DNA of 64,000 nucleotides from the NCBI GenBank assembly GCA_002339085.1, contig DDDX01000060.1, positions 26,525-90,524 on the forward strand, read 5' to 3'. Positions 47,012-56,908 of this stretch are shown in pieces. Under the pieces are notes generated by a model. The model saw nothing but the letters and a program-made list of their open reading frames with translations. It ran no database searches and was not told the DNA's origin. Each line of letters opens with the position of its first letter. Position 1 is the first letter of the stretch. This stretch comes from Cellvibrionales bacterium UBA1969. Lineage in GTDB: Bacteria; Pseudomonadota; Gammaproteobacteria; Pseudomonadales; UBA7434. Made by a program: the position numbers and the translations under genes.

Positions 47012-48199
47012 CTAACTCATTCGACTGCCAATTGGCATCCATAAGCCTGCAGCGGCAATAATATCTCGCTGCACTTCATTTGCACCGCCGCCAAAAGTAA
47101 TAATCGATGCAGTACGGTAAAGGTTTTCAATCGTCGCGCCAATATTAACGTTTTCAGAGTCACGTTTTAATATCGAATGTTGACCAATAATTTCGCCCGC
47201 CAAACGATAAATCTCAACAAATAACTCTGTACCATAAACCTTTGCTGCCGAGGCATCGGCCATGTTTAATTCGTTACTATCCATTTGCCAAGCCAGCTTA
47301 TAACAAATCAATCGTAACGCTTCTAAACTTGTACGAATACGGGCAAAGTGAGTACGGACCCAAGATTGATCAATAACCTTACGGCCATCAAGCAATGAGG
47401 TCGTTTGCGCCCAATCCACTAGCACATTATATTTTTGGCTAAAGAAACCAACATTGACTAATGCCAGCCTTTCACGGTTTAACTGACTCGTGATCAGTTT
47501 CCAGCCCTTATTCAATTCACCCACCAATGCATCAGCGGGCACGCGGACATCTTCATAGTAGGTCGCGTTGGTTCGGACTCCTCCTAAAGTATGCACTGGC
47601 GATAAACTAAAGCCTTCCGCTGTTGTAGGTAAAATAAACATGGAGATACCGCGATGCTTAGGCGCATCGGGATCAGTCCTAGCGGCTAACCAAACATAAT
47701 CGGCCATATGACAAAGGCTAGTCCACATTTTTTGACCATTAATAACCCATTCGTCACCATCACGAACGGCACGGGTTTTCAGTGCAGCTAAATCAGTCCC
47801 TGCATCGGGCTCAGAATAACCGATCGCAATATTACAAGTACCAGCAACAATACCGGGAACGACCTCATGCTTGATCCGCTCACTGGCATGATCACGCAGC
47901 ATAGGACCGACAGATTCAGTGGTTAAGAAAGGAAATGGAAATCCAGTCCTGGCGACTTCTTCAATAAACATGTATTGCTCGAGTGCCGATAATCCACGGC
48001 CACCAAATTGTTCCGGCCAGCTTAAGGCAATATAACCATCATCGCCCATTTTTTTCATTGCTGCCTGGTAAAGCGGGCCGCCGCCCTCACCGGTCGTTTG
48101 ATTAAGCTCTGCCACCAATTCAGGCGTCATTAACTTATCAAAGTAAGCGCGAAATTCGTTACGTAAATCACATTGTTTATCGGTTAAATGAAAATCCAT
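47012..48199 (-). CDS. Acyl-CoA dehydrogenase (FadE-type)
   Basis: 395 aa. Contains GYSEPDAGTDLA, INGQKMWTS and the C-terminal GGGANEVQRDIIA. Confidence 0.88.
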   Translation of the reverse strand: MDFHLTDKQCDLRNEFRAYFDKLMTPELVAELNQTTGEGGGPLYQAAMKKMGDDGYIALSWPEQFGGRGLSALEQYMFIEEVARTGFPFPFLTTESVGPMLRDHASERIKHEVVPGIVAGTCNIAIGYSEPDAGTDLAALKTRAVRDGDEWVINGQKMWTSLCHMADYVWLAARTDPDAPKHRGISMFILPTTAEGFSLSPVHTLGGVRTNATYYEDVRVPADALVGELNKGWKLITSQLNRERLALVNVGFFSQKYNVLVDWAQTTSLLDGRKVIDQSWVRTHFARIRTSLEALRLICYKLAWQMDSNELNMADASAAKVYGTELFVEIYRLAGEIIGQHSILKRDSENVNIGATIENLYRTASIITFGGGANEVQRDIIAAAGLWMPIGSRMS

Positions 48200-48400
48200 A
48201 GCCTTTTACTCTTCAATTGATCTCAACGCAGTTTATGATTAATTATTATCGTAATTTATCTTCACTGAACCTAGTGACTTTAGCAATCAATCAACCTCAA
48301 AATGAGTCTAAATGCCAGCGACGTAAGAAAACTAAACCAAAAGCAACGACAAACGTACAACTAATTGTCAAATCATCATTAATGAGTTAATGCTATTAAT

Positions 48401-49012
48401 ATGCTCTATGTTAATAAAAAACCTCCAGGTAACCCCCAGGGTAAAGGAGCAATACCCTTACTAGCGGCTTGGGATAACTTTTCTCCAAGCAAAGTTGAAA
48501 TCAAATCAGCGGATCAAATCCTCAGCCAATATTTTACCTCGTTGCTGGTATTGTCGGCAGAATTTCATTTCAAACCCGTACCCCAACAAGACTACTACCT
48601 CTATTGGCGTCATAACTCTTCAGGCTCGCCATGGCGACTAAGTTTAATCGAACCAGAAAAGCTAGGAACACTTTCATTCGGCGAGTTTGTTGGTTGCTGT
48701 CACCTTCAGTCCGATATGACATGGACAATTTCACCTAGCCGGCGGTTAACGAAACAAACCAGCGTTCTGGCTGCTTTACAAAAATTTACCGAACAATTCC
48801 AAGCGGCCAATCAAAATGGCGATAGCTTAGAGCAACAGCTACCTTTCTTTATTGATAAACTTCCTTTTTATCGTCGCCTCGCAGCAACTGCTTTATCTAG
48901 CTCGCTGAGCCGCAGTATCACTCTTAGTAATCTGGCTGGCATTCCTAGCCAACAATGGCTCACTGAGAATCCCTGCAGCACTCGCTTTATGCTTCCTCCT
49001 GCATCCAAATAA
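48401..49012 (+). CDS. Hypothetical protein
   Basis: 203-aa ORF, divergent from the ACAD pair and 86 nt upstream of the KstD-like gene. No motif recognised and no TM segment. Confidence 0.6.
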   Translation: MLYVNKKPPGNPQGKGAIPLLAAWDNFSPSKVEIKSADQILSQYFTSLLVLSAEFHFKPVPQQDYYLYWRHNSSGSPWRLSLIEPEKLGTLSFGEFVGCCHLQSDMTWTISPSRRLTKQTSVLAALQKFTEQFQAANQNGDSLEQQLPFFIDKLPFYRRLAATALSSSLSRSITLSNLAGIPSQQWLTENPCSTRFMLPPASK

Positions 49013-49098
49013 AACTACAACTTTCTACTTCATTAAGAGCTAGTAAGTACCCTTAATCGAATATTTCTCTATTATGCTTTATGCAGATAAACTAACTG

Positions 49099-50823
49099 AT
49101 GCATTCGAGCATGAATAATAACTTTTTTGATCACGAAGTTGACGTACTTGTTGTAGGATCAGGCAACGGCGGCCTGACAACCGCACTGTGCTCAAAAATA
49201 ATGGGCGCTGATTCAGTTCTGGTGATAGAAAAAGCGAAACAAATTGGCGGCACTAGCGCCATGTCCGGTGGCGGCATATGGATCCCTTGCAGTCGTTATT
49301 CAAAAGCACTGAATGTTGACGACAGTCTGGAGCAAGCCAAAACCTACCTTAAGGCAACCATTCCATCGAATGTTTTTCGTGAAAATATGGTGGACGCCTA
49401 TCTAGAAAACGGGCCAAAGATGTTAGATTTTTTGCACAATCACACACTGGTTCGCTACCTCTCACTCGAGCATTACCCCGACTATTACAGTAATTTACCG
49501 GGCGCTCGAAACGGTCACCGTTCTCTGGAGCCTGAACCCATACTAGGCTCTGAACTAGGTAGTGACTTTAACCACATTCAAGAAAGCGCACTGATTGTTT
49601 ATAAGCGCTTTATGTTGACCCAGGTTGAAGGACAAGTTATCACAGGCGGCCTAAAAGGACGATTTAAAGCCCTAGCGAAATTAATCTTCAAATATTACAC
49701 CGACTTCCCTTGGCGATTAAAACATCGCATTACCCGACGGTTAACCTGCGGCATGGCTGGTATCTCTCGACTATACCTGTCACTACAAGCGCAACAAGTC
49801 CCTATTTGGCGAGAGACAGCGCTTCAAGAATTAATCACCGAAAAAATTGATGGAAAAGAAAGAGTAATCGGTGTCATTGTTAACCGCGATGGGGAAATCA
49901 TGCGTATAAAAGCCAGGCAGGCTGTCATGTTAGCCGCGGGTGGCTTTGAACAAAACCAATCAATGCGTGAGCAGTACCTGCCCGCCCCCACCAATAAAGC
50001 ATGGAGTGCCGGCATAAAAACGAATACCGGTGATGCTATTGTCGCAGGTCAAACCATTGGTGCTCAAACCGCTCAAATGGACGGCGCATGGTGGTGCAGC
50101 ACCGTCACAGTGCCAGGCCGAAAGTACCCTTTTTTAAGTATTGTCACTAAATCAATGCCTGGCACTTTTGTGGTCAATCAAACTGGTAAGCGTTACGGCA
50201 ATGAATCGCAAAATTATATGTCATGGAGTATGGGGCTTTTCGACCAACACAGCGATAAGAATAATTGCGTGCCTTCTTATATGATATTCGATACAAAATT
50301 TAAAAATAAATATTCAGCGTTTCCATTAACCGGTCCCGACTGGCTATTACCTAAGGCCTATTTTAATAGCGGCTTAATCACCAAAGCCAATAGCATTGAA
50401 AAACTTGCAGAAAAAGCCAATATCAACGTCAGTAATTTAACCTATACCGTCGAGCAATTTAACCGTTTCGCTGTCACCGGCAAAGATCTTGATTTCCAAC
50501 GCGGCGATGCCGCCTATGATCAGTACTACGGTGACCCAGAAGTCACCCCTAACCCTTGCCTTGCAGCATTAGATAAAGCTCCTTTTTATGCCATGCGGAC
50601 AGATGCAGGCGATTTCGGCACCCACGGCGGCCTGTTAACCAATGCTAACGCACAGGTGCTGGATCAAGACCATCAAGTTATTGAAGGCCTCTATGCCACC
50701 GGTAATTGCAGTGCAGCCGTCTTACCAACCTATCCAGGCCCAGGCGCCACTCTCGGCCCTGCGATGACTTTTGGTTACCAAGCCGCAAAACATATCACTG
50801 GTTTTATTGAGCAAAAGTTATGA
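49099..50823 (+). CDS. FAD-dependent 3-oxosteroid 1-dehydrogenase-like (KstD-family) flavoprotein
   Basis: 574 aa. The N-terminal motif is VDVLVVGSGNGGLTTA...GGTSAMSGGGIW and the C-terminal motif is GLYATGNCSA...YPGPGATLGPAMTFG. Both are typical of the KstD/fumarate reductase flavoprotein family. Confidence 0.82.
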   Translation: MHSSMNNNFFDHEVDVLVVGSGNGGLTTALCSKIMGADSVLVIEKAKQIGGTSAMSGGGIWIPCSRYSKALNVDDSLEQAKTYLKATIPSNVFRENMVDAYLENGPKMLDFLHNHTLVRYLSLEHYPDYYSNLPGARNGHRSLEPEPILGSELGSDFNHIQESALIVYKRFMLTQVEGQVITGGLKGRFKALAKLIFKYYTDFPWRLKHRITRRLTCGMAGISRLYLSLQAQQVPIWRETALQELITEKIDGKERVIGVIVNRDGEIMRIKARQAVMLAAGGFEQNQSMREQYLPAPTNKAWSAGIKTNTGDAIVAGQTIGAQTAQMDGAWWCSTVTVPGRKYPFLSIVTKSMPGTFVVNQTGKRYGNESQNYMSWSMGLFDQHSDKNNCVPSYMIFDTKFKNKYSAFPLTGPDWLLPKAYFNSGLITKANSIEKLAEKANINVSNLTYTVEQFNRFAVTGKDLDFQRGDAAYDQYYGDPEVTPNPCLAALDKAPFYAMRTDAGDFGTHGGLLTNANAQVLDQDHQVIEGLYATGNCSAAVLPTYPGPGATLGPAMTFGYQAAKHITGFIEQKL

Positions 50824-51815
50824 GCGAACTAATGTCAATCTACATCAACGGGCATGGTATTCAACTGCATGGCCTAAGCCAAGGTCATGGCCCACTGGTG
50901 GTATTTTGCCACGGCTTTCCAGGCCTAGCATACAGCTGGCGGCAGCAAATGCAGACGGTAGCCGATCAAGGCTTTCGCGCCCTAGCCTTAGACATGCGCG
51001 GCTATGGCAGAAGCGATCGACCTGAAAACTTTTCTGACTATCATGTTGACAATCAAATTGCCGATTTAGAGTGCGTGTTAGATCAATTAGGAGTATCAAA
51101 AGCGGTTTTTGTTGGTCATGATTTTGGCGCCAATCTGGTTTGGAGCTTAGCCAGTAGGAAGCCCGAGCTTGTTGCTGGAGTGGTGGGTGTCAGCGTCCCA
51201 TTTGGCTATGCCTTGGGAGACAATACCATTAAACCCAGTGAAATGTATGCCGGCATTGCCGCTGAGCATTTTTTTCATATGCATTATTTTCAAGCGCTAG
51301 GCCCTGCTGATAGCGAACTCAGCCAAGATAGCCGATTATTTTTAACTCGTTTATTTTGGGCGCTAAGTGCCGAAGGCAATTTACTCAATTGGACTAACTA
51401 TCCTAGCGATGGGACTGGTTATCTTGATGTATTAGCTGAACCTGACTATCCCCTACCCTGGTCGTGGCTAAGCGAGGAAGATATGGATGTCTACGTTAAA
51501 GAATATGAACGTGCGGGTAAGCAACAAGCGTTTACTGGGGGTCTCAGTTCATATCGGGTTGCCGATATAAACTGGCAATTGGAACAAGATTATCTAGATA
51601 ACGATATCTCTGTACCTGCAGCCTTTATCAGCGGCAGTGAAGATCCAGTACTAAAACTAATGAGTAATAATGCACTCGAGATTATGCAGCAACGGGTGCC
51701 TGATCTTAGGATTAATTGTATTATTGAGCAAGCGGGACATTTTGTTCAGCAGGAACAGGCAGTCGCGTTTAACGACGCCCTGCTAAACTTTCTATCAACA
51801 CTGAAAGCAAATTAA
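50820..51815 (+). CDS. Alpha/beta hydrolase, epoxide-hydrolase-like
   Basis: 331 aa. Contains HGFPGLAYSWRQQ (HGFP...WR motif) and the GHDFGA nucleophile elbow (Asp nucleophile type). Its ATGA start overlaps the upstream stop. Confidence 0.82.
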   Translation: MSELMSIYINGHGIQLHGLSQGHGPLVVFCHGFPGLAYSWRQQMQTVADQGFRALALDMRGYGRSDRPENFSDYHVDNQIADLECVLDQLGVSKAVFVGHDFGANLVWSLASRKPELVAGVVGVSVPFGYALGDNTIKPSEMYAGIAAEHFFHMHYFQALGPADSELSQDSRLFLTRLFWALSAEGNLLNWTNYPSDGTGYLDVLAEPDYPLPWSWLSEEDMDVYVKEYERAGKQQAFTGGLSSYRVADINWQLEQDYLDNDISVPAAFISGSEDPVLKLMSNNALEIMQQRVPDLRINCIIEQAGHFVQQEQAVAFNDALLNFLSTLKAN

Positions 51816-52594
51816 GAGCAAGGTGAACCCGGTCTTCGCATACCAGTAAACCAACCGCCATCAGCGACAAACTCTGAACCCGTGCTGTAAGTTGCCTCAT
51901 CAGACGCTAAAAATAAACTGACATAAGCGACTTCAATGGGTTGGCCTACTCGCGGTATAGGAAAATCTGCATAAACGGATTTATTCATCTGCTCAACCGT
52001 TAAATGGTCAGCGCCACCCATGCTGGTATAGACACCACCAGGATGGAGGCTATTGACCCGAATACCGTATTGACCCAATTCAATTGCAGCATTTTTAGTC
52101 AGGCCACGCACCGCCCACTTAGATGAGGAATACGCAGATAAGCCAGTGGCGGAATGCAATCCATCAATCGAAGATACATTTATAATTGAACCACAACCAG
52201 CCGCCTTCATCGGTTCAATTGCCGTGCGAATTCCTAAAAAAGTACCTAGTTGATTAACCCGAATAACATTTAAATAATCTTCGGGCGTGGTATCAGTGAT
52301 TGACTTAAACAGTAACACAGCCGCATTATTCACCAATACATTATAAGTACCGAGTGATTGAGCGGCCGAGACGGCCTTCGCCCAATCAGCTTCTTGACTC
52401 ACGTCCATATGGACAAAAACCGCGGCATCACCCAGCTCATCAGCCAATGCTTGACCGGCTTCGTCTTGAATATCACCAATCACCACCTTAGCCCCATGCT
52501 CAACAAATAAGCGCACTGTTGCCTCGCCCATGCCATTTGCGCCGCCAGTGACTATTGCAGTTTTTCCTGCTAATCGACTCATAACACTCTCCAA
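51812..52594 (-). CDS. Short-chain dehydrogenase/reductase, 3-alpha(20-beta)-hydroxysteroid-dehydrogenase-like
   Basis: 260 aa. Contains TGGANGMGEA, NNAA, YSSSKWAVRG and HPGGVYTSM. Confidence 0.88.
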   Translation of the reverse strand: MESVMSRLAGKTAIVTGGANGMGEATVRLFVEHGAKVVIGDIQDEAGQALADELGDAAVFVHMDVSQEADWAKAVSAAQSLGTYNVLVNNAAVLLFKSITDTTPEDYLNVIRVNQLGTFLGIRTAIEPMKAAGCGSIINVSSIDGLHSATGLSAYSSSKWAVRGLTKNAAIELGQYGIRVNSLHPGGVYTSMGGADHLTVEQMNKSVYADFPIPRVGQPIEVAYVSLFLASDEATYSTGSEFVADGGWFTGMRRPGSPCS

Positions 52595-52644
52595 TAATTC
52601 ATTATTATAATCTGACTAGGTTGATTCTAAACGCCGCGCAAGCA

Positions 52645-53628
52645 TTATACAGTGGCAACAACTATCGCTCTTTGCGGCGCAGGGTAACCTTCTGCCGTTT
52701 TCGTCATATCATCTGGGTCAAGAAAATCTGTCAGCGAGTGAAAGGTCATCCATTCCGTTCGTCGCTGCTCTTCTGCCGTAGTCGTAGAAACATCAACCAG
52801 CTGGATATCAGAGAATTTCATTTTCCTTAACCACTGGCACAGGGTTGCAACACTGGGGATAAACCAAACATTGCCCATTTTACTGTAGCGACCTTCAGGC
52901 ACCAGCACCTGACCTTCTGATCCATCGATCACTAAGGTTTCTAAAATTAGCTGACCGCCATCAACTAAAGCGTCTCGAAGCTCTTGTAAATGATCGAACG
53001 GCGAACGGCGATGGTACAACACCCCCATTGAAAAGACACTGTCAAAGCTACCCAATTTAGCCGGCAACGATTCCATTCGGGTGGGTAGCACCCAAACGTT
53101 GGGATGTTGTAGGTATTTTTGTAAAGCCCAATACTGCATGACAAATAAAGGAGTAGGATCAATACCGATCACTAAATGAGCCCCTTCACCCGCCATCCGC
53201 CAGCAATGATAACCACTGCCACAACCGACATCGAGTACTCGCTTGCCTGCCAAGGGTGAAATTTTTTTTATCAAGCGTTGCCATTTAAAATCAGAGCGCC
53301 ACTCGGTATCGATAACCATGCCGGCCAGCGAAAAAGGGCCTTTACGCCAAGGATGCAACGCCATTAAGGTTGAGCGTAAAGCACTCTGCTGGACGATAAT
53401 GCTATCGTCATTCAGGGCGACATTAACGCTAACCATATCACTGGCTAAATCAACACTATTAATATTGAGATCAGGTAATGTTGCAACCGCCTGCTGCCAA
53501 CGGGGAATATCACCATAACGCTCAACATCCAATCCACTGCTGACGATGGCATCAATTACCGCTGCCAAACGAGGCATCTCATGTTGATTAAGTAAGTTTA
53601 CTAGCGGTGAGTAATCGAGCAGCTTCAC
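52645..53628 (-). CDS. cmoB: tRNA U34 carboxymethyltransferase
   Basis: 327 aa. Colinear with E. coli CmoB: PWRKGPFSL.G..IDTEWRSD.KW, LDVGCGSGYH.WRM, FSMGVLYHRRSP, TEEQRRTEWM, EGYPAP.RA. Confidence 0.92.
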   Translation of the reverse strand: MKLLDYSPLVNLLNQHEMPRLAAVIDAIVSSGLDVERYGDIPRWQQAVATLPDLNINSVDLASDMVSVNVALNDDSIIVQQSALRSTLMALHPWRKGPFSLAGMVIDTEWRSDFKWQRLIKKISPLAGKRVLDVGCGSGYHCWRMAGEGAHLVIGIDPTPLFVMQYWALQKYLQHPNVWVLPTRMESLPAKLGSFDSVFSMGVLYHRRSPFDHLQELRDALVDGGQLILETLVIDGSEGQVLVPEGRYSKMGNVWFIPSVATLCQWLRKMKFSDIQLVDVSTTTAEEQRRTEWMTFHSLTDFLDPDDMTKTAEGYPAPQRAIVVATV

Positions 53629-54383
53629 TTAAAAGCCACCAATGATGCAAAGTTAAAACACTGAAACCAAACTTCTACACGACTAAAACCGCAATCAATT
53701 AAACGCTGCCGATGCATCGGCAAGGATTCTGGCACTAAAATGTTTTCAATGGCCTCTCGCTTTTGGCTAATCTCTAATTCGCTGTAACCATTGGCTCGCT
53801 TAAAATCATGATGTAAATCGACAAACAAGTCATTTACTGAAGCATCATTAAATTGAATTTTTTCGGATAGCAGCAATACCCCTCCTGGCAACATCCCTTG
53901 CTGAATCTTGCTAAGCAATGACGCTCGCTGCTCAACAGCAATAAATTGCAATGTGTAATTTAAGGCAACCACTGAGGCATTATCAATAGTGACCGCATTA
54001 ATATCATCATTAACTAACTTGATCGCTGTCAGCAGGGTCTGCTGACTGAGAATCGTCGATAACTGATCAAGCATGGCAGTGGAATTATCAACTGCAATTA
54101 ATTCGCAGCCAGCCGCCGCTGATTGCGCCATTGAGAAACTGGTCGCGCCTAGTGAACATCCTAAATCATACAGGCGTGTAGCGGGTTGAGAAAACCGCTG
54201 GGCTAATACACCACTAATAGCAACGACAGTACTATAGCCTGGCACTGAGCGTTGAATCATATCTGGAAACACAGCCGCGACAGAACTGTCAAATGTAAAC
54301 CCTTCAACAGCGCCCATGGGGTGTGAAAATAAAGTATCTACAAGTATCGATTGTGGCTTAATGGAGTGTGTTTTTTTAGGCAT
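53625..54383 (-). CDS. cmoA: Carboxy-S-adenosyl-L-methionine synthase
   Basis: 252 aa. Contains FDSSVAAVFPDMIQRSVPGY, DLGCSLG and ALNYTLQF. It overlaps cmoB by 4 nt, the classic cmoA-cmoB pair. Confidence 0.9.
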   Translation of the reverse strand: MPKKTHSIKPQSILVDTLFSHPMGAVEGFTFDSSVAAVFPDMIQRSVPGYSTVVAISGVLAQRFSQPATRLYDLGCSLGATSFSMAQSAAAGCELIAVDNSTAMLDQLSTILSQQTLLTAIKLVNDDINAVTIDNASVVALNYTLQFIAVEQRASLLSKIQQGMLPGGVLLLSEKIQFNDASVNDLFVDLHHDFKRANGYSELEISQKREAIENILVPESLPMHRQRLIDCGFSRVEVWFQCFNFASLVAFK

Positions 54384-54523
54384 TGTCTCGCGATCGATAG
54401 ACGTGGATGTGTTAGCAATTTGTAAATACTTTAAATGATTATCCCACTATCGCTGTGACTTTAATAGCTTTGAATAGCCGCGGATCGAAGACAAGGGGAA
54501 TTCAACCAAGGATTTAAGGCCGC

Positions 54524-55135
54524 TCACTGCTCATAAGCACGCAGATAGGCTGGCCGCTGCTCCAAACGTTGGCAATAAGTTAGGCAATTGGGTGTCGATT
54601 CATTGACAAAATCTAAATACCGCGCAATATTTAAAGCAAAAGCTAACATAATATCGGCCGCCGTAAACATCTCACCTAAAATATACGACTGATCAGCAAG
54701 TGCTTTTTCTACGATATCAATTAACTGCGGAGCCAGTTCATTGCCACGATCGACAAGGGCAGGAATTCTGCGAGAATCGGGCAAATAAGCGCTATGAGCA
54801 GCTATTTCACCCATGGTTACAGCCAGCGCCCCCTCGGCAAAGGTCATCCATTGAACCGCTTTTGCGCCCGATGCAGTATCGCGGGGTGGAATCAAACTAC
54901 CGTCACTGTACTTGGTAATTAAATAATCAAAGATTGCCGAGGTTTCCCATAAAATAAAACCATCTTCATCAATTGCAGGCACTTTGCCTTGCGGATGAAC
55001 TGCTAAAAATTCAGGCCTCTGCATTTCAGCCGAAAACATTTCAATCGTTTCAAGCTGATAAGCAAGACCAATTTCTTCCGCCAGCCAAAGGACACGGACT
55101 GAACGGGATAATGGCGAGTGATAAATTGTAACCAT
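54524..55135 (-). CDS. Glutathione S-transferase
   Basis: 203 aa. The N-terminal thioredoxin-like domain carries SRSVRVLW and KVPAIDEDGFILWETSAI (GSH-binding cis-Pro/Ser region). Confidence 0.85.
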   Translation of the reverse strand: MVTIYHSPLSRSVRVLWLAEEIGLAYQLETIEMFSAEMQRPEFLAVHPQGKVPAIDEDGFILWETSAIFDYLITKYSDGSLIPPRDTASGAKAVQWMTFAEGALAVTMGEIAAHSAYLPDSRRIPALVDRGNELAPQLIDIVEKALADQSYILGEMFTAADIMLAFALNIARYLDFVNESTPNCLTYCQRLEQRPAYLRAYEQ

Positions 55136-55162
55136 AGTGTATGGATTATTTTTTATTGTAAC

Positions 55163-56020
55163 CTAAAGTGATGGAATCAACTTTGAAAACTCTTCTATCA
55201 TCGGCATCACTATTTCTGGTTTGTCCCAATTTTCCATACCAACGCCAATATTAACTCTTGCGATACCCATATCTTGATAACGTTTTAATAAATCCGTAGT
55301 GATCTCGCCCATTGCGACCATAGTGATCTCAACCGCATCTGGATCACGGCCAAACTCACTCACTTGTTGACGAAAAGCTTTGATGCCCAGTTCGATATCT
55401 GGCATTGCCACATCTACTGGCATCCATCCATCGGCCCACTGGGCTGCATGCCTCACCCCCAACGGCCCCATAACGCCTAAAATAATCGGCGGACCATTAA
55501 TTTGAAGCGGCTTAGGCTCAAACCATACAGAATCAAAATCAATTAACTCGCCGTGATACTCAGGTTCAGCATTAGAAAATAATTCACGCTGGGCTAATAC
55601 GGTTTCTTTTAAACCTAAGTAACGACGCTTCCATGGCATTTGAGTGGCGTTAGTAAACTCTTCTTCATTCCAACCAACACCAGTGCCAATTAATACGCGA
55701 CCATTAGTTAAGCGGTCCAAGGTTGCAATAGTCTTAGCCTGAGAAAATAATTCTCGCTCTAACAGAAGAGCAATGCCGGTACCTAATTTTAAAGTAGTAG
55801 TAACCGATGCAGCAGCCATTAATGACAAATAAGGATCCATCATGCGCTTATAGGGTTCGGGCATCTCACCCCCAGGTGGATAAGGGGTTTTTTGTGCACA
55901 AGGAATATGACTATGCTCGCCATACCATAAAGATTCAAAACCAGCTTGCTCTAACGTAACCGCCAATTCAACGGGCGCAGGATCGCTGACATTATTCATC
56001 GAACTAAAGCCTAGATGCAT
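55163..56020 (-). CDS. Luciferase-like (LLM) oxidoreductase of the F420-dependent Rv2161c-like class
   Basis: Contains GFESLWYGEHSHIP...DPYLSLMAAA..T..LKLGTGI...LDRLTNGRVLIGTGVGWNEEEF...PKPLQ..GPPI..G. I chose ATG 56020 (MHLGFSS), preceded by GGGAGA 7 nt upstream. Confidence 0.78.
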   Translation of the reverse strand: MHLGFSSMNNVSDPAPVELAVTLEQAGFESLWYGEHSHIPCAQKTPYPPGGEMPEPYKRMMDPYLSLMAAASVTTTLKLGTGIALLLERELFSQAKTIATLDRLTNGRVLIGTGVGWNEEEFTNATQMPWKRRYLGLKETVLAQRELFSNAEPEYHGELIDFDSVWFEPKPLQINGPPIILGVMGPLGVRHAAQWADGWMPVDVAMPDIELGIKAFRQQVSEFGRDPDAVEITMVAMGEITTDLLKRYQDMGIARVNIGVGMENWDKPEIVMPMIEEFSKLIPSL

Positions 56021-56356
56021 TTCACACTCTCCCAACTTTGAAATAATTTTTGATAGAACTCTAAGTTAAATAATATACCCTTTGGAGTATTTCTATGAAT
56101 TTGGTATCACAGAGAAAATTTTTTTTATTGCTTTAAATCAATGATCTAGACTAACCCAGAAAAATCAACGCATGAATAGTAAATTCGGTCGACTCCGCTC
56201 AAAAACAAACAATAATGATCAAATTGCTAACATTATATTAATACAATTAACCTATTAAGCACCGAAATTGTCAAAGCCAACAGACTTCTTAAGCTTAAGC
56301 AAATCCATATTTCAATGCTATACTGAGATCTAAGTAGTTTTTTAACAGGTGATAGT

Positions 56357-56908
56357 GTGGATTTTCAAAGTTTTCGTTTTATCATTGTCGCCGGTATTTT
56401 ATATGCTGCTTTTCATTTTGCTTATAATCAAATACCCGATGATTATTTAAGAAATACTATCTACCCTAATGTCATCGGCCACGCAGCCGCAAAGACAATC
56501 AAAACCTTAACGCCCGATCGAACAGTCGTGGTATCCAATAACGCGCTGATATCTCCTCGAGCTAAAATGAATATCGTGCGTGGCTGTGATGGTTCTGGCG
56601 TCTGGTTTATGCTCAGCGCCGCTATTATTGGTTTTGGAGCCAGCTTTAGACAAACCATCACCGGATTAGTGGCCGGCACCATAACCGTTTATATTATTAA
56701 CCAAATTAGGATTGTTGGCCTTTATTATATTATTGAGCACAATCGCGCTTGGTTTCCGCCAGTTCATACTTATTATGCACCAACTCTCATCATCATACTT
56801 GTCGCCGGTTTTTTTCTATTATGGACTCGCTGGACTATGGATCAGCCGACAAACTCGGCTTTTATAGCCACCGAAGAAACTAACCAGGAAAAAAATGACC
56901 ATGAATAA
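56357..56908 (+). CDS. Small exosortase/archaeosortase-family protein (candidate XrtH-like)
   Basis: 183 aa, GTG start, polytopic. Candidate catalytic residues sit in the expected contexts and spacing: Cys77 in VRGCDGSG, Asn115/Arg118 in IINQIRIVG, and His128/His137. Confidence 0.55.
   Translation: MDFQSFRFIIVAGILYAAFHFAYNQIPDDYLRNTIYPNVIGHAAAKTIKTLTPDRTVVVSNNALISPRAKMNIVRGCDGSGVWFMLSAAIIGFGASFRQTITGLVAGTITVYIINQIRIVGLYYIIEHNRAWFPPVHTYYAPTLIIILVAGFFLLWTRWTMDQPTNSAFIATEETNQEKNDHE

Noticed and set aside
50820-51815. Tempting assignment of this alpha/beta hydrolase as HsaD (meta-cleavage product hydrolase), which would complete the HsaA/HsaC set
   Set aside because: The HGFP...WR motif and the Asp-type nucleophile elbow (GHDFGA) indicate the epoxide hydrolase/dehalogenase subfamily. 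The Ser-nucleophile MCP hydrolases are a different subfamily.
51812-51815. Convergent genes abutting or overlapping without terminators. Cases: 51812-51815 (TTAA overlap), 57500/57504, 58554/58562, 22637/22659, 32131/32155 and 4675/4704.
   Set aside because: The pattern is real but common in compact bacterial genomes. It is not evidence of a special mechanism on its own.
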